Assembly (NCBI GenBank): GCA_001871075.1
Contig: MNUP01000012.1
Coordinates: 1 to 51,774 of the forward strand
DNA from: Candidatus Desantisbacteria bacterium CG1_02_49_89
Lineage (GTDB): Bacteria > Desantisbacteria > UBA1551
Length of the DNA: 51,774 bases
Reading direction: 5' to 3'
Of this stretch, positions 1-14,514 are shown one piece after another. Position 1 is the first letter of the stretch. The number at the start of each line of letters is the position of its first letter. The notes under the pieces were generated by a model. The model was not told where the DNA came from, did no database searches, and saw only the letters and a program-made list of their open reading frames with translations. Made by a program: the position numbers and the translations under genes.

Positions 1-2890
<2,890 letters not shown>

Positions 2891-2901
2891 ACACTTGCAA
2901 T

Positions 2902-2913
2902 TGTCAAAGAACC
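2902..2913 (-). promoter_or_regulatory. boxA antitermination motif in ITS
   Basis: GGTTCTTTGACA just upstream of the 23S 5' end, close to the boxA consensus TGCTCTTTAACA. Confidence 0.65.
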
Positions 2914-2956
2914 TATTTACTGAAATATATCTACAATTAATTTTCGCTATAGTCAA

Positions 2957-3032
2957 TGGTGGAGATGACCCGATTCGAACGGGCGACCTACTGCTTGCAA
3001 AGCAGTCGCTCTACCAGCTGAGCTACATCCCC
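2957..3032 (-). tRNA. tRNA-Ala(TGC), CCA encoded
   Basis: GGGGATGTAGCTCAGCTGGTAGAGCG...TTTGCAA...GTTCGAATC...TCTCCACCA cloverleaf. Confidence 0.97.
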
Positions 3033-3066
3033 TTTCAAAATTTAAAATTAGCAATATTAAAAATCC

Positions 3067-3168
3067 GAAAATAGAAAATTGAGCAATAGACCGCGATTTC
3101 GCTTTTTTTCTCTATTGCTCTATTCTCCATTGCTCAATTGCTCTATTTTTTCGCCTTCAGCGAAAAAA
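3067..3168. repeat. tRNA 3'-trailer element copy 1 (after tRNA-Ile)
   Basis: GAAAATA GAAAATT GAGCAATA GACCGCGATTTCGC...TCTATTGC TCTATTC TCCATTGC TCAATTGC TCTA plus hairpin TTTTTTCGC-CTTCA-GCGAAAAAA abutting the tRNA. Confidence 0.85.
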
Positions 3169-3242
3169 TGGGCCTATCTGGGCTCGAACCAGAGACCTTA
3201 CCCTTATCAGGGGTACGCTCTAACCACCTGAGCTATAGGCCC
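3169..3242 (-). tRNA. tRNA-Ile(GAT), no encoded CCA
   Basis: GGGCCTATAGCTCAGGTGGTTAGAGCG...CTGATAA...GGTTCGAGCC...TAGGCCCA. Confidence 0.97.
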
Positions 3243-3366
3243 GTGAAGCACAAGGATTATAGCTCGGTGCTATAAAACCAATACATTTTATATACCAAGT
3301 GGGCATACTTATCCCACTTAAAACCATTAAATCCGGTCACCGATAACCGGATCCCTCTATAAGGTT

Positions 3367-4921
<1,555 letters not shown>

Positions 4922-4955
4922 CAACTACTTTTGAGCTTTTTCACAAGCTTACATA

Positions 4956-4966
4956 TTCAAAGAACA
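4956..4966 (-). promoter_or_regulatory. boxA in rrn leader
   Basis: TGTTCTTTGAA between promoter and 16S. Confidence 0.6.
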
Positions 4967-5031
4967 ATGATACCTTTACATTATTATTGCAGTAATATAT
5001 ACTATATGAAGCAGCTTTATAAGAGATTTAT

Positions 5032-5060
5032 AGTATATCATAGTTTTGATGCTTTGTCAA
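5032..5060 (-). promoter_or_regulatory. sigma70-type rRNA promoter
   Basis: TTGACA (5060-5055), 17 bp spacer, TGn-extended TATACT (5037-5032). Confidence 0.8.
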
Positions 5061-5089
5061 GTTTTATTCTATTATAACCGGATATTTGA

Positions 5090-5431
5090 TTATTCAACAA
5101 ACTCTATGATCGCCGTAGGGGCGCCATCCCCCTTCCTCAGACCCGTTTTGATTATGCGTGTATAACCGCCTTTTCTGTCCTTATATTTATCGGCGATCTG
5201 CTGTATTTTCTTGAAAGCTTCAGCGTTCTGCAGAACGCTGGCAAGAACTGAAAGCCTGCCCTTTTTACACAGGGTTATCATCCTTTCTGCTACCCTTCTC
5301 AATTCTTTTGAAATAGAAAGAAGGGTCTTTACCTTGCCGCTCATGATGAACGAGCATGATAAATTCCTGAACAAAGCCTTTCTGTGCGAGGACATCCGCC
5401 CTAATTTTCTATAGCCTTTGTGGTGATACAC
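5090..5431 (-). CDS. rplQ: 50S ribosomal protein bL17
   Basis: RKLGR..SHRKAL.RNL, GGYTRIIK...RKGDGAP.AIIEFV; last gene of alpha operon. Confidence 0.96.
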   Translation of the reverse strand: MYHHKGYRKLGRMSSHRKALFRNLSCSFIMSGKVKTLLSISKELRRVAERMITLCKKGRLSVLASVLQNAEAFKKIQQIADKYKDRKGGYTRIIKTGLRKGDGAPTAIIEFVE

Positions 5432-5445
5432 TTAATCCTTCCCTT

Positions 5446-6408
5446 CTATTTTTTTTCCTCGGCAAGAGATAAACTAAATTTCTTAAGCTTTTCCTTTATT
5501 TCGTTAAGTGACTTCTTGCCGAAATTCTTCATTTTTAAAAGCTCTTTTTCCGATTTCTGCGTGAGTTCGCTGATGGTGTTCAAGTTCAGCGTCCTTACGC
5601 ATTTGGATGCGCGGACCGAAAGATCCAGCTCTTCAACGCTCTGGATCAATATTTTTTCTTTCTGTTTTTCTTTTTCATCAGGGATGGTTTTTTCGACTTC
5701 TCCCTCTTTCAGATCCGCAAATATCAAAACGTAACCAACGAGTATTCTCGAAGAAGCAATCAGGGCTTCATAAGGTGTTATTCTGCCGTCTGTCCATATC
5801 TCCATTATTAATTTATCATAATTGGTAAGCTGCCCCACCCTTGTTTCCTCAACGTTGTAACTGACCCTTTTGACCGGGGAGAACAGCGAATCCATGGGTA
5901 TCACGCCTATGGGTACGTTATCTTTCTTGTTTGTTTCGCTTGGCACATAACCCCTTCCGTTCGCTATATTTACTTCCATCTGGAGGGAAGCGGACGGGTC
6001 AGTCAGGGTCGCGATGTGCATTTCAGGGTTCAATATCTTGATCCTTTTATCGATGATGATATCGCCTGCTTTCACTTCTTTGACTCCCTTGGCTTTTATC
6101 TTTACCGCGATGCCAGCCGGTGAGGTTGATTTTATCAACAATCCCTTCAGGTTGAGTATTATATTAAGCACATCTTCCAGGACGCCCGGAATTGTCGAAA
6201 ACTCATGCAGAACTCCCTCGATTTTCACGGATGTGGGAGCGGATCCGGGCAGCGACGAAAGCAGTATTCTGCGCAGTGCGTTGCCTACGGTTATTCCATA
6301 CCCCCTTTCTAAAGGTTCAGCGATCAATTTTCCATATGTTGGTGTCTTTTTCTCCCAGATGATCTTCTTTGGCTTCTCCAGCTCCCTTATCAAGACATCT
6401 TTTTCCAT
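5446..6408 (-). CDS. rpoA: RNA polymerase alpha subunit (ATG at 6408 after GGAG; alternative TTG 6432)
   Basis: EPLERGYG.T.GNALRRILLSS, VLHEFSTIPGV.ED, C-terminal LSVRA..C, NFGKKSL.EI. Confidence 0.97.
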   Translation of the reverse strand: MEKDVLIRELEKPKKIIWEKKTPTYGKLIAEPLERGYGITVGNALRRILLSSLPGSAPTSVKIEGVLHEFSTIPGVLEDVLNIILNLKGLLIKSTSPAGIAVKIKAKGVKEVKAGDIIIDKRIKILNPEMHIATLTDPSASLQMEVNIANGRGYVPSETNKKDNVPIGVIPMDSLFSPVKRVSYNVEETRVGQLTNYDKLIMEIWTDGRITPYEALIASSRILVGYVLIFADLKEGEVEKTIPDEKEKQKEKILIQSVEELDLSVRASKCVRTLNLNTISELTQKSEKELLKMKNFGKKSLNEIKEKLKKFSLSLAEEKK

Positions 6409-6435
6409 TTCTCCGTCCTTTTGTTCAGACAATTT

Positions 6436-7062
6436 TCACTTGGAATAGAATTCGACTATCAACTGCTCTTGAATGGGTATAGCCATCTCTTGCCTTGTGG
6501 GAAATGCCCTGACTGTTCCGACAAGATTGTTTTCTTCAAAACTAAGCCACGAAGGCACGCCTCTTTCCTTTGAAGTTTCAACACTTTCCTTTATTTTCAG
6601 CAGAAGACCTTCCGAACGACTTCCTATCTTAATAATATCCCCCACTTCCACAAGATATGAGGGTATATCTAACCTTTTATCGTTGACTGTAAAATGACCG
6701 TGGCTGACCATCTGCCTTGCGAAACCGCGTGTGGAAGCAAGACCCAGCCTGAAAACAACGTTATCAAGCCTTCTCTCAAGCAACCTCAGGAAATTTTCAC
6801 CCGTGATGCCCTTCTCTGACTGAGCGCGGCGGAAACATTTCTTGAACTGTCTTTCCATCAGGCCGTATATGCGGCATAATTTCTGCTTTTCCCTTAAATG
6901 CAGCCCGTAATCAGAAAGTTTTGTTGGTTTCTGCCAGTGCTGCCCGGGGACCTGCGCTCTTTTATCCAGCGTGCATTTAGCCGTGCACTTCTTCCCTTTA
7001 AGAAAAAGCTTAACGCCTTCCCGCCTGCATAACTTGCATCTTGGACCAGTATATCTTCCCAC
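6436..7062 (-). CDS. rpsD: 30S ribosomal protein uS4 (GTG start)
   Basis: GRYTGP.CKLCRREG.KLFLKG, LLERRLDNVVFRLG, EQLIVEFYSK. Confidence 0.97.
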   Translation of the reverse strand: MGRYTGPRCKLCRREGVKLFLKGKKCTAKCTLDKRAQVPGQHWQKPTKLSDYGLHLREKQKLCRIYGLMERQFKKCFRRAQSEKGITGENFLRLLERRLDNVVFRLGLASTRGFARQMVSHGHFTVNDKRLDIPSYLVEVGDIIKIGSRSEGLLLKIKESVETSKERGVPSWLSFEENNLVGTVRAFPTRQEMAIPIQEQLIVEFYSK

Positions 7063-7199
7063 CTTTTCTCCCTCAGATTTCAAATTGTCCCCCTTGGCCT
7101 GAATGGGCAAGCAGGGGGATTTCGCTACCAGCTCAACATATTTTAAATTGTCCCGAAGGGATCCCTTTTGGATAAATTTTTAATTTGAAATTAATGGTA

Positions 7200-7577
7200 T
7201 TATACCCTTCTTCTCTTGGGCGGCCTGCAGCCATTATGCGGTATCGGGGTAACGTCTTTGATCGAAATGATCACAAGCCCTGCTATCTGCAATGCCCTGA
7301 TCGCGGTTTCCCTACCCGATCCGGGACCCTTTAGTTCGACATCGACTTCCTTTACTCCTCTTTCCATTGCTTTCTTTGCCGCGGCTTCCGAAGCGAGCTG
7401 GGCCGCAAAAGGAGTGCCTTTGCGCGTACCTTTGAATCCCACGCTGCCCGAACTAGCCCATGCTATTGCCCCGCCTTGCGGGTCAATGATCGTAACTATC
7501 GTATTATTAAAAGTACAGTGTATGTGGACTATTCCCTTCCTGACCTCTCCCCTTACGGCTTTCTTGGGTTGTATCAT
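7200..7577 (-). CDS. rpsK: 30S ribosomal protein uS11
   Basis: [35 protein letters not shown]. Confidence 0.98.
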   Translation of the reverse strand: MIQPKKAVRGEVRKGIVHIHCTFNNTIVTIIDPQGGAIAWASSGSVGFKGTRKGTPFAAQLASEAAAKKAMERGVKEVDVELKGPGSGRETAIRALQIAGLVIISIKDVTPIPHNGCRPPKRRRV

Positions 7578-7978
7578 TTATCAGAATCCTCCTTTCTGGT
7601 CTTTTCTTTTGTCATCCTGACAACTCCTATAGTTTTTTTCGGTCCTTTTCTGGTGCGGGCGTTGGTGCGCGTCCTCTGCCCCCTGACAGGCAGGCTGCGG
7701 AGATGCCTCATGCCCCTATATGATTTGATGTCTATCAGTCTCTTGATATTCATGGCAATTTCCTGGCGCAGGTCACCCTCTACCTTGTATTCCTTTTCGA
7801 TAATGTTCCTCAGGCTGGCTATCTCCGTTTCGGAAAGGGTTTTTGTGCGCTTGTTCGGGTCAACATTCGCCCTTTCAAGTATTTTCCTTGACGAATTCCT
7901 GCCCAGGCCGTAAATATAGGTCAGTGATATTTCTATCCTTTTACCTGGCGGTATTTCCACTCCGGCAATTCTTGCCAT
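7574..7978 (-). CDS. rpsM: 30S ribosomal protein uS13
   Basis: [24 protein letters not shown]. Confidence 0.98.
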   Translation of the reverse strand: MARIAGVEIPPGKRIEISLTYIYGLGRNSSRKILERANVDPNKRTKTLSETEIASLRNIIEKEYKVEGDLRQEIAMNIKRLIDIKSYRGMRHLRSLPVRGQRTRTNARTRKGPKKTIGVVRMTKEKTRKEDSDK

Positions 7979-7994
7979 AAATTTTACTCTCCTG

Positions 7995-8108
7995 TTATCC
8001 CTGGCGCTGTTTGTGCTTGGGATTTGTGCAAATAACCCTTACAACTCCCATCCTTCGGATTACCTTGCATTTCTTACAGATTGGTTTTACAGAGGCTCTG
8101 ACTTTCAT
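7995..8108 (-). CDS. rpmJ: 50S ribosomal protein bL36 (37 aa, Zn-ribbon type; below ORF-track cutoff)
   Basis: Manual translation [37 protein letters not shown]. Confidence 0.97.
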   Translation of the reverse strand: MKVRASVKPICKKCKVIRRMGVVRVICTNPKHKQRQG

Positions 8109-8120
8109 TTTCTATCCCTC

Positions 8121-8339
8121 TTATTTTGTCCTGTATGTAATCCTGCCCTTTGTAAGGTCGTATGGCGAAAGCTCAACGGTTACTTTGTCCCCGGGCAGTA
8201 TTTTGATAAAGTTCATCCTCATCTTTCCGCAGACGTGGGCGAGAACCTTATGCCCGCCTTCAATCTCTACCCGAAAAAAAGCATTGGGCAGTGATTCAAC
8301 GACGATTCCGTTAACCTTCAGTACTTCTTCCTTGGGCAT
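8121..8339 (-). CDS. infA: Translation initiation factor IF-1
   Basis: [42 protein letters not shown] upstream of ATG 8339. Confidence 0.97.
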   Translation of the reverse strand: MPKEEVLKVNGIVVESLPNAFFRVEIEGGHKVLAHVCGKMRMNFIKILPGDKVTVELSPYDLTKGRITYRTK

Positions 8340-8363
8340 AAACAAAATCCTCCTGTGATGCCG

Positions 8364-9110
8364 TTAAATACGCGTAAGTATGCGCGGGCCGGCCGAATCA
8401 ACGGAAATAGTATGCTCAAAATGCGCTGCAAGGCTGCGGTCCCTTGTGACAACTGTCCATCCGTTATCAAGAATCGTTATTTCTTTCCTTCCCTGCGAGA
8501 CCATCGGCTCTATCGCGAGCACAATGCCTTTTTTCAGAACAGGGCCTTTGCCGGGAGGGCCGAAATTAGGAATTCCGGGTTCTTCATGAAGGTTCCTGCC
8601 TATGCCGTGTCCTGTCAGCTCCCTTACGACTGAATAACCCCTTGATTCCACATAAAACTGAACCGCGTGCGATATATCGGAAAGCCTGTTACCTTCTCTT
8701 GCTTTCTCTATCCCTTTGTACAGAGCGGCTTCCGTTGCCTCCAGCAGTTTTTTAGCTTCGCTGGAAATACTTTCAACGCCCACAGTTGCAGCGGTGTCCC
8801 CGTAAAATCCGTTGCAGCAAACTCCGACATCAATCCCTACTATATCGCCTTTTTCCAAAATCCTTGACGATGGTATTCCGTGCACAACCTCGTCGTTCAC
8901 AGAGGTGCAGATATTGCCGGGAAAACCCCTGTAGCCTTTGAATGCAAGCCTTGCTTTTTTGTTTGCGCAGATTTTTTGCGCTGCGTCATCAAGGAACTGG
9001 GTGCTTTTCCCTGCCCTGGCTTCCCTTTTCAAAATATCGAGTATTTCCGCTGCTATCCTGCATGCCTTTTCTATGCCGGCTATTTCTTCCCTGGATCGTA
9101 TGTTTATCAT
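8364..9110 (-). CDS. map: Methionine aminopeptidase type I
   Basis: CTSVNDEVVHGIP, GHGIG..LHEEP, AIEPM, AAHFEHT. Confidence 0.96.
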   Translation of the reverse strand: MINIRSREEIAGIEKACRIAAEILDILKREARAGKSTQFLDDAAQKICANKKARLAFKGYRGFPGNICTSVNDEVVHGIPSSRILEKGDIVGIDVGVCCNGFYGDTAATVGVESISSEAKKLLEATEAALYKGIEKAREGNRLSDISHAVQFYVESRGYSVVRELTGHGIGRNLHEEPGIPNFGPPGKGPVLKKGIVLAIEPMVSQGRKEITILDNGWTVVTRDRSLAAHFEHTISVDSAGPRILTRI

Positions 9111-9745
9111 TTCTTCAGATGTTTTATCAAGGAACTAAAAACTTCCTTTTCGGTTTTCTCGCCGTTTATTGATACAAGCATCTTCTTTTTGGCGTAATAC
9201 CTGACAAGCGGCCGGGATTCCTTCTTGTATACTTTTAATCTGTTGCGGATCGCCTGCGGCTTATCATCGTCGCGCTGGTAAAGACTGCCTCCGCAATTGG
9301 CGCACTTTTCCATTATTTTAGAGGGATTGTATTCAACGTGGTAATTTGCCCTGCAGGAACCGCAGACCCTGCGCCCGCTTATGCGTTTTACCAGCGTTTT
9401 ATCGCTTGCTTTTAGGTTAAAAACTTTGGGTTTGTCCTTGACCATCGCGAGTTTTTCAAGGATTTCAGCCTGGTTCAGATTACGCGGGAAACCATCAAGA
9501 ACGAAACCTTTTTTTGCATCCTTTTCAGCAAGGCGCCCTGAAACAATATCTACGATGATCCTGTCAGGCACGAGTTTCCCGCTGTTCATGTATGATTTGA
9601 CTCGCTTCGCAAGGAAGGTTTTTCCCTTAACAAGCTGCCGCAGAATGTCTCCGGTTGAAATGTGGGGGACCCTGCAGTATTTGCCCAGCCTTACAGCCTG
9701 CGTGCCTTTTCCCGAACCAGGGGGACCAAGAACTATTATTTTCAT
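9107..9745 (-). CDS. adk: Adenylate kinase (Cys4 Zn LID)
   Basis: GPPGSGKGTQA, HISTGDILR, LDGFPRN, C..C...C..C LID, QRDDD. Confidence 0.97.
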   Translation of the reverse strand: MKIIVLGPPGSGKGTQAVRLGKYCRVPHISTGDILRQLVKGKTFLAKRVKSYMNSGKLVPDRIIVDIVSGRLAEKDAKKGFVLDGFPRNLNQAEILEKLAMVKDKPKVFNLKASDKTLVKRISGRRVCGSCRANYHVEYNPSKIMEKCANCGGSLYQRDDDKPQAIRNRLKVYKKESRPLVRYYAKKKMLVSINGEKTEKEVFSSLIKHLKK

Positions 9746-9764
9746 ATGTTTACCGGATAATATA

Positions 9765-11078
9765 TTAGAACCTGGTTGATCTTCCTACAAGCCTTCCTTT
9801 TTTCATGAAGCCTTCATAATGGCGCATAAGCAGGTGCGATTCCACCTGTTTCATAGTGTCAAGCGCGACGCCTATGACTATAAGCAGCGCAGTCCCTCCG
9901 AAATCGAACGGGACGTTGAACCTGCGCTGGAATATATCAGGAACAACCGCAATTGCCGCGACTGCCAGGGCGCCTATAAGGGTTATCCTCATTATTATCC
10001 TGTCGATGTGTTCCGCGGTCGGCTTGCCTGGCCTTACGCCAGGTATAAAGCCTCCGTATTTTTTCATATTCTCCGCAACATCAGTAGGATTAAAAACGAT
10101 AGCGGTATAGAAATAACAGAAAAATATTATGAGCCCGGCGTATAAAAGCGTATACAGTATCCCTCCGTTCTGGAACCATTTCACAAAACTCTGCAGAAAT
10201 TTAAACGGAAGGACCTGTGTTATAAAAGCGGGTATCATGAGCACAGATATGGCAAAAATAACGGCGATGACTCCCGACATATCGACCTTTAAAGGGAGGT
10301 ATGTGCTCTGCCCTCCGTAAACCTTCCTGCCCACAATGTGACGGGCATATTGCACCGGTATCTTACGGACGCCCTGTTCGATGAATATCGCGCCGATAAT
10401 GGTCACCGCGGCAACCGCAAGCACGAAACCCAGCGTGAATATATTCAACTGCCCGACGCGCAGTAGCCTGAAGGTCCCAACAATCGCCCGCGGTATGCGG
10501 TCAACGATGCCCGCAAAAATGATGAACGATATGCCGTTCCCGATCCCGTACTCGGTAATCTGCTCGCCTATCCACATTAAGAAGACGGTTCCGGCCGTGA
10601 GCGTAATTATGGCTGTAAGCTGGAAACCGATCCCCGGGTTAAAAACCACGGGTAGGCCTCCCACGTTCTGTTTCTGCAGCCAGAAGCTTGTAAAAAAACC
10701 CTGCATCACGCACAGAAAAATAGTTCCGTACCTCGTATACTGGTTTATTTTCTTTCTTCCTGCCTCTCCTTCTCTCTGGAGCTGTTCAAGCTGGGGTATA
10801 ACGACCGTAAGAAGCGAAATAATGATGGAAGTGCTTATATAAGGCATTATTCCGAGCGCAAATACCGAGAACTTGCTCAGCGCGCCTCCTGAAAACATAT
10901 CAACCAGGCCCAGCAGGCCTTTTGTCTGCGTTGAGAAAAAGAGACTTAAAGCCCTGGCATCCACTCCAGGCGTAGGGATAAAAGAACCAAGCCTGTATAC
11001 GATTACCATTACTATAGTGAACAGAATGCGTTTTCTGAGTTCCGGTATTTTAAAAATATTCTGAAAAGTCGAAAGCAT
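9765..11078 (-). CDS. secY: Preprotein translocase SecY
   Basis: FSVFALGIMPYIS.SII, GIGNGISFIIFAGI, FIPGVRPG..T, GGTALLIVIGV. Confidence 0.98.
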   Translation of the reverse strand: MLSTFQNIFKIPELRKRILFTIVMVIVYRLGSFIPTPGVDARALSLFFSTQTKGLLGLVDMFSGGALSKFSVFALGIMPYISTSIIISLLTVVIPQLEQLQREGEAGRKKINQYTRYGTIFLCVMQGFFTSFWLQKQNVGGLPVVFNPGIGFQLTAIITLTAGTVFLMWIGEQITEYGIGNGISFIIFAGIVDRIPRAIVGTFRLLRVGQLNIFTLGFVLAVAAVTIIGAIFIEQGVRKIPVQYARHIVGRKVYGGQSTYLPLKVDMSGVIAVIFAISVLMIPAFITQVLPFKFLQSFVKWFQNGGILYTLLYAGLIIFFCYFYTAIVFNPTDVAENMKKYGGFIPGVRPGKPTAEHIDRIIMRITLIGALAVAAIAVVPDIFQRRFNVPFDFGGTALLIVIGVALDTMKQVESHLLMRHYEGFMKKGRLVGRSTRF

Positions 11079-11512
11079 TAAATTACCTCCGCCTTGCCGC
11101 CGGCTTTTTCAATCTTCTCCCTTGCATGGACGCTGAAAGAATTGGCTTTTATCCTAAGCGGTTTTTCCAGGTTCCCTTCACCTAAAATTTTGATTCTTTC
11201 GTTGCCGGTATCCAGCAGGCCGGATTTTTTTAGTTCCTGCGGGTTTACCTCTCCTTCGAACCCACTCAGGGCGGAAAGGTTAAGGACTACGTAATGCTGC
11301 TTTGGCAAGGGATTGAATCCCCTTTTGGGGACCCTTTTATAAAGAGGTGTTTGCCCGCCTTCAAAATTAGGCTTTATATTGGCTCCACTCCTTGCTCTCT
11401 GGCCTTTATGCCCCCTGCAGCAGGTTTTTCCGTGGCCTGAACCTGGCCCGCGCCCAACCCTTTTCTGCCTGTGCCGCGAACCGGGAACCGGCTTTAATTC
11501 ATGCAGTCTCAT
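11078..11512 (-). CDS. rplO: 50S ribosomal protein uL15
   Basis: [31 protein letters not shown]. Confidence 0.97.
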   Translation of the reverse strand: MRLHELKPVPGSRHRQKRVGRGPGSGHGKTCCRGHKGQRARSGANIKPNFEGGQTPLYKRVPKRGFNPLPKQHYVVLNLSALSGFEGEVNPQELKKSGLLDTGNERIKILGEGNLEKPLRIKANSFSVHAREKIEKAGGKAEVI

Positions 11513-12002
11513 TTGTTCCCTCTTCTATACCCCTTAATTTTTTAACCTGTTCTTCGGTTTTTATCTGTCTTAAACCCTCGAAGGCGGCATATACCAGGTT
11601 AAAGGGATTGTTGGAACCAAGAGATTTTGAGATAATATCCTTTATACCGGCGCATTCGAACACAGCCCTCATCGGACCTCCCGCTATCATACCTGTCCCG
11701 GGGTACGCGGGCTTCATAAGGATCTTGCTGGCCCCGAAGCGTCCTGTGACAGCGTAAGGTATTGTTGTGCCTATGAGCGGCACGGAGATCATCTCTTTCT
11801 TTGCCCTTTCCACGCCCTTCTGTATCGCATCACTGACGTCGTTTGCCTTCCCTATGGCGCTTCCGAGCTTTCCGTTGCCGTCACCTAGTACAATAAGGGC
11901 GTTGAAACTGAAGCGTTTCCCGCCCTTCACGACCTTTGAAACACGGTTGATGCATATTACTTTTTCTTTGAATCCCGAATGTGATTCTCTTCTGCCGTAC
12001 AA
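11499..12002 (-). CDS. rpsE: 30S ribosomal protein uS5
   Basis: [32 protein letters not shown]. Confidence 0.97.
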   Translation of the reverse strand: MYGRRESHSGFKEKVICINRVSKVVKGGKRFSFNALIVLGDGNGKLGSAIGKANDVSDAIQKGVERAKKEMISVPLIGTTIPYAVTGRFGASKILMKPAYPGTGMIAGGPMRAVFECAGIKDIISKSLGSNNPFNLVYAAFEGLRQIKTEEQVKKLRGIEEGTNETA

Positions 12003-12023
12003 CTCGTCCCCCTTTGGTTATGG

Positions 12024-12389
12024 TCAGAACTGCAAACCACCCTCTCTCGCACCGTCTGCCAGGGCTTTTATCCTGCCGTGATAAAGGTATCCGGCGCGGT
12101 CGAATACTATCTTTTTTATACCCCTGGCAATAAGTTTGGCGGCAAATTCCCTGCCCACCTGTTTTGCGGCATCGACCTTCTTCGTGTCCTTCAGGTTTTT
12201 TGCTATGCCGCTGTCAATGCTTGAAACCGAAACCAACGTCAGGCCCTTGATGTCATCAACAGCCTGGAGATATATATGCCTAAGGCTTCTGAATGCAACA
12301 GCCCTTGGTTTATCTGCGGTCCCTGTTAGTTTTTTCCTGCTTCTTACATGCCTGCGTTCCCGCAGGTTTTTGCGGTCTATTATTTTCAT
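12024..12389 (-). CDS. rplR: 50S ribosomal protein uL18
   Basis: VFDRAGYLYHGRIKALADGAREGGLQF. Confidence 0.97.
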   Translation of the reverse strand: MKIIDRKNLRERRHVRSRKKLTGTADKPRAVAFRSLRHIYLQAVDDIKGLTLVSVSSIDSGIAKNLKDTKKVDAAKQVGREFAAKLIARGIKKIVFDRAGYLYHGRIKALADGAREGGLQF

Positions 12390-12410
12390 TTTATCTGCTC
12401 GCTTTTTGCA

Positions 12411-12959
12411 TTATGGTCCGGCTGTTTTTACTACCGCTTTGCCTGCCTTCCTTCTCACGATCTCGTCACTATATCTTATACCCTTGCCTTTGTAGGGTTC
12501 CGCGGGCTTGATACTTCTTATAAGACCCGCGACCTGTCCTACCGTTTCTTTATCAACGCCTTTAACGGATATCTTGTTCTCCTGAACAGTTATCTTGATG
12601 CCCTGGGGTATCAGGATCGGCACGGGATGAGTGAAACCGATCTGCAATATCAGTTTGTCGGACTGGACCTGGGCTTTATACCCGAGCCCGTTTATCTCTA
12701 ACTTTCTTTCGAATTCCTTGATCACACCCGTAACCATATTGAGTATAAGCCTGCGCGTAAGCCCGTGAAGGGATTTGTCGATTTTTTCATCTGACTGCCT
12801 TTCTACAAGAATGCGGTTGTCCTGTTTTGATATTTTCATGCGCGGTGAAAAAATTCTTTCAATCTTTCCCCTGGGTCCTTCGATCTTGACAAGGCTTCCC
12901 TGCACTTCAACTTTAACACCGCCCGGGATATCTACAGGTCTTTTGCCCAACCTCGACAT
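12411..12959 (-). CDS. rplF: 50S ribosomal protein uL6
   Basis: MSRLGKRPV, EPYKGKGIRY..E..RRKAGK. Confidence 0.97.
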   Translation of the reverse strand: MSRLGKRPVDIPGGVKVEVQGSLVKIEGPRGKIERIFSPRMKISKQDNRILVERQSDEKIDKSLHGLTRRLILNMVTGVIKEFERKLEINGLGYKAQVQSDKLILQIGFTHPVPILIPQGIKITVQENKISVKGVDKETVGQVAGLIRSIKPAEPYKGKGIRYSDEIVRRKAGKAVVKTAGP

Positions 12960-12968
12960 ACTTTCTCC

Positions 12969-13364
12969 TTACCAGACATAACAGATTACTTCGCCGCCCA
13001 GGCTTTGCGCCTTGGCATCCTTATCGCTTAAAATACCTTTTGAAGTTGACAGGATCGCGATCCCCAGCCCGCCGCTGACCCTGGGTATTTCGCTGTTGCC
13101 GATATACCTGCGCAACCCCGGCCTGCTTATTCTCCTTACACCGTTAATTACCGCTTCGTTTCTGGGCCCGTATTTCAGATATATGCGCAGTATTCCCTGC
13201 TTGCGGTCTTCTATGGTCTTATAGCTCTTTACGAATCCCTCTGCCTGGAGTATCTTGGCAATGCCTTCCTTTATCTTGGAGGCAGGAATATCTACCCTTT
13301 CATTCCTGACCTTGCTTGCGTTTGAGATCTTTACCAGCATGTCGGCTATTGGATCACTGCTCAC
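12969..13364 (-). CDS. rpsH: 30S ribosomal protein uS8
   Basis: [31 protein letters not shown]. Confidence 0.97.
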   Translation of the reverse strand: MSSDPIADMLVKISNASKVRNERVDIPASKIKEGIAKILQAEGFVKSYKTIEDRKQGILRIYLKYGPRNEAVINGVRRISRPGLRRYIGNSEIPRVSGGLGIAILSTSKGILSDKDAKAQSLGGEVICYVW

Positions 13365-13398
13365 AATCCCTCCTGTTTAAAACCGCTGCCTGCATATT

Positions 13399-13584
13399 CT
13401 ACCAGCTAGCTTTTATAACGCCGGGGACTTCACCCTTGTGCACCAGGATTCTGAAACAGAGCCTGCAAAGGCCAAACCTTCTCATGTAGCCTCTAGGCCG
13501 GCCGCAGAGATGGCACCTGTTTCTTTTCCTTATCTTGAACTTGGGTTCCCTTTTGTTTTTCTCCATCAGCGCTATTCTTGCCAT
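13399..13584 (-). CDS. rpsN: 30S ribosomal protein uS14, short Zn-binding type Z
   Basis: 61 aa, [24 protein letters not shown]...PGVIKASW. Confidence 0.96.
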   Translation of the reverse strand: MARIALMEKNKREPKFKIRKRNRCHLCGRPRGYMRRFGLCRLCFRILVHKGEVPGVIKASW

Positions 13585-13605
13585 ATATCTCTGATACCTC
13601 GCATA

Positions 13606-14190
13606 TTATATTTTTTTTGAAAAAGGCATGCCCATCAAAACCAGCATTTCCTTTCCTTCTTCATCTTTGTCGGTAGTGGTAACTATAGTTATGTCCATTC
13701 CGCGCATTTTGTAGATCTTATCGTAGTCTATCTCGGGAAATATTATCTGCTCTTTCAGCCCGATGGTAAAGTTACCGTGTCCGTCAGAGATTTTTGACGG
13801 TATCCCGCTGAAATCCCTGATCCTGGGCAGAACCGTGTTAACAAGACGGTCGAAAAACTCATACATATAATCTCTACGCAGGGTAACCTTGCAGCCGATG
13901 GTAGCACCTTTCCGGAGCTTGAAATTCGATATGGATTTCTTTGCCCTTGTTATAACAGGCTTCTGCCCGGTTATCATCGCAAGATCGTTTACCGCGGCAT
14001 CTATGGCTTTCTGGTCATCCCCGCCTTCGCCAACCCCGATATTTATGACGATCTTGGTCAACCTTGGAACTTCCAGCGGATTTGAATAATTGAATTTTTT
14101 TATAAGCGCCGGAATAACTTCTTTCTGGTAGTATTCAAGAAGCCTTGGTTTCACCCTTGTTTTTTCCGGACTATGCTCTTCTTGCTTCAT
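13606..14190 (-). CDS. rplE: 50S ribosomal protein uL5
   Basis: [46 protein letters not shown]. Confidence 0.97.
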   Translation of the reverse strand: MKQEEHSPEKTRVKPRLLEYYQKEVIPALIKKFNYSNPLEVPRLTKIVINIGVGEGGDDQKAIDAAVNDLAMITGQKPVITRAKKSISNFKLRKGATIGCKVTLRRDYMYEFFDRLVNTVLPRIRDFSGIPSKISDGHGNFTIGLKEQIIFPEIDYDKIYKMRGMDITIVTTTDKDEEGKEMLVLMGMPFSKKI

Positions 14191-14497
14191 CTATCACCTC
14201 GTTGCACTTCCTGCAAATTCTTAGTTTGGTCTTCTGCTCCGTGATCCTGTCACCGGCGCGCGTTTCCTGCCCGCATTTAGGGCAGACCAGCATGGCGTTG
14301 GACATGTGCATAGAAGCTTCTTTCTCCCGTATCCCTCCCTGGGGAAAATCTTGTGTCGGGCGCATGTGGCGTTTTACCATATTAACCCTTTCGACTATCA
14401 GTCTGTTTTTGTCACGCAGAACGTGCAGGACCCTGCCTGACTTTCCCTTTTCATCGCCCGATATAACGGTTACGAGATCGCCTTTTCGTATTTTCAT
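14171..14497 (-). CDS. rplX: 50S ribosomal protein uL24
   Basis: MKIRKGD.V.VISG.EKGK.G, GGI.EKEA. Confidence 0.96.
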   Translation of the reverse strand: MKIRKGDLVTVISGDEKGKSGRVLHVLRDKNRLIVERVNMVKRHMRPTQDFPQGGIREKEASMHMSNAMLVCPKCGQETRAGDRITEQKTKLRICRKCNEVIDEARRA

Positions 14498-14514
14498 GAT
14501 CCGTCCTGTGTTTG

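Noticed and set aside
3146-3168. TTTTTTCGC...GCGAAAAAA hairpins as intrinsic terminators
   Set aside because: The T-run precedes the stem on both strands, and this copy is inside the rRNA operon
7063-7110. 16-aa N-terminal extension of uS4 from the ORF track
   Set aside because: GTG at 7062 with an upstream GGAG gives the canonical uS4 start
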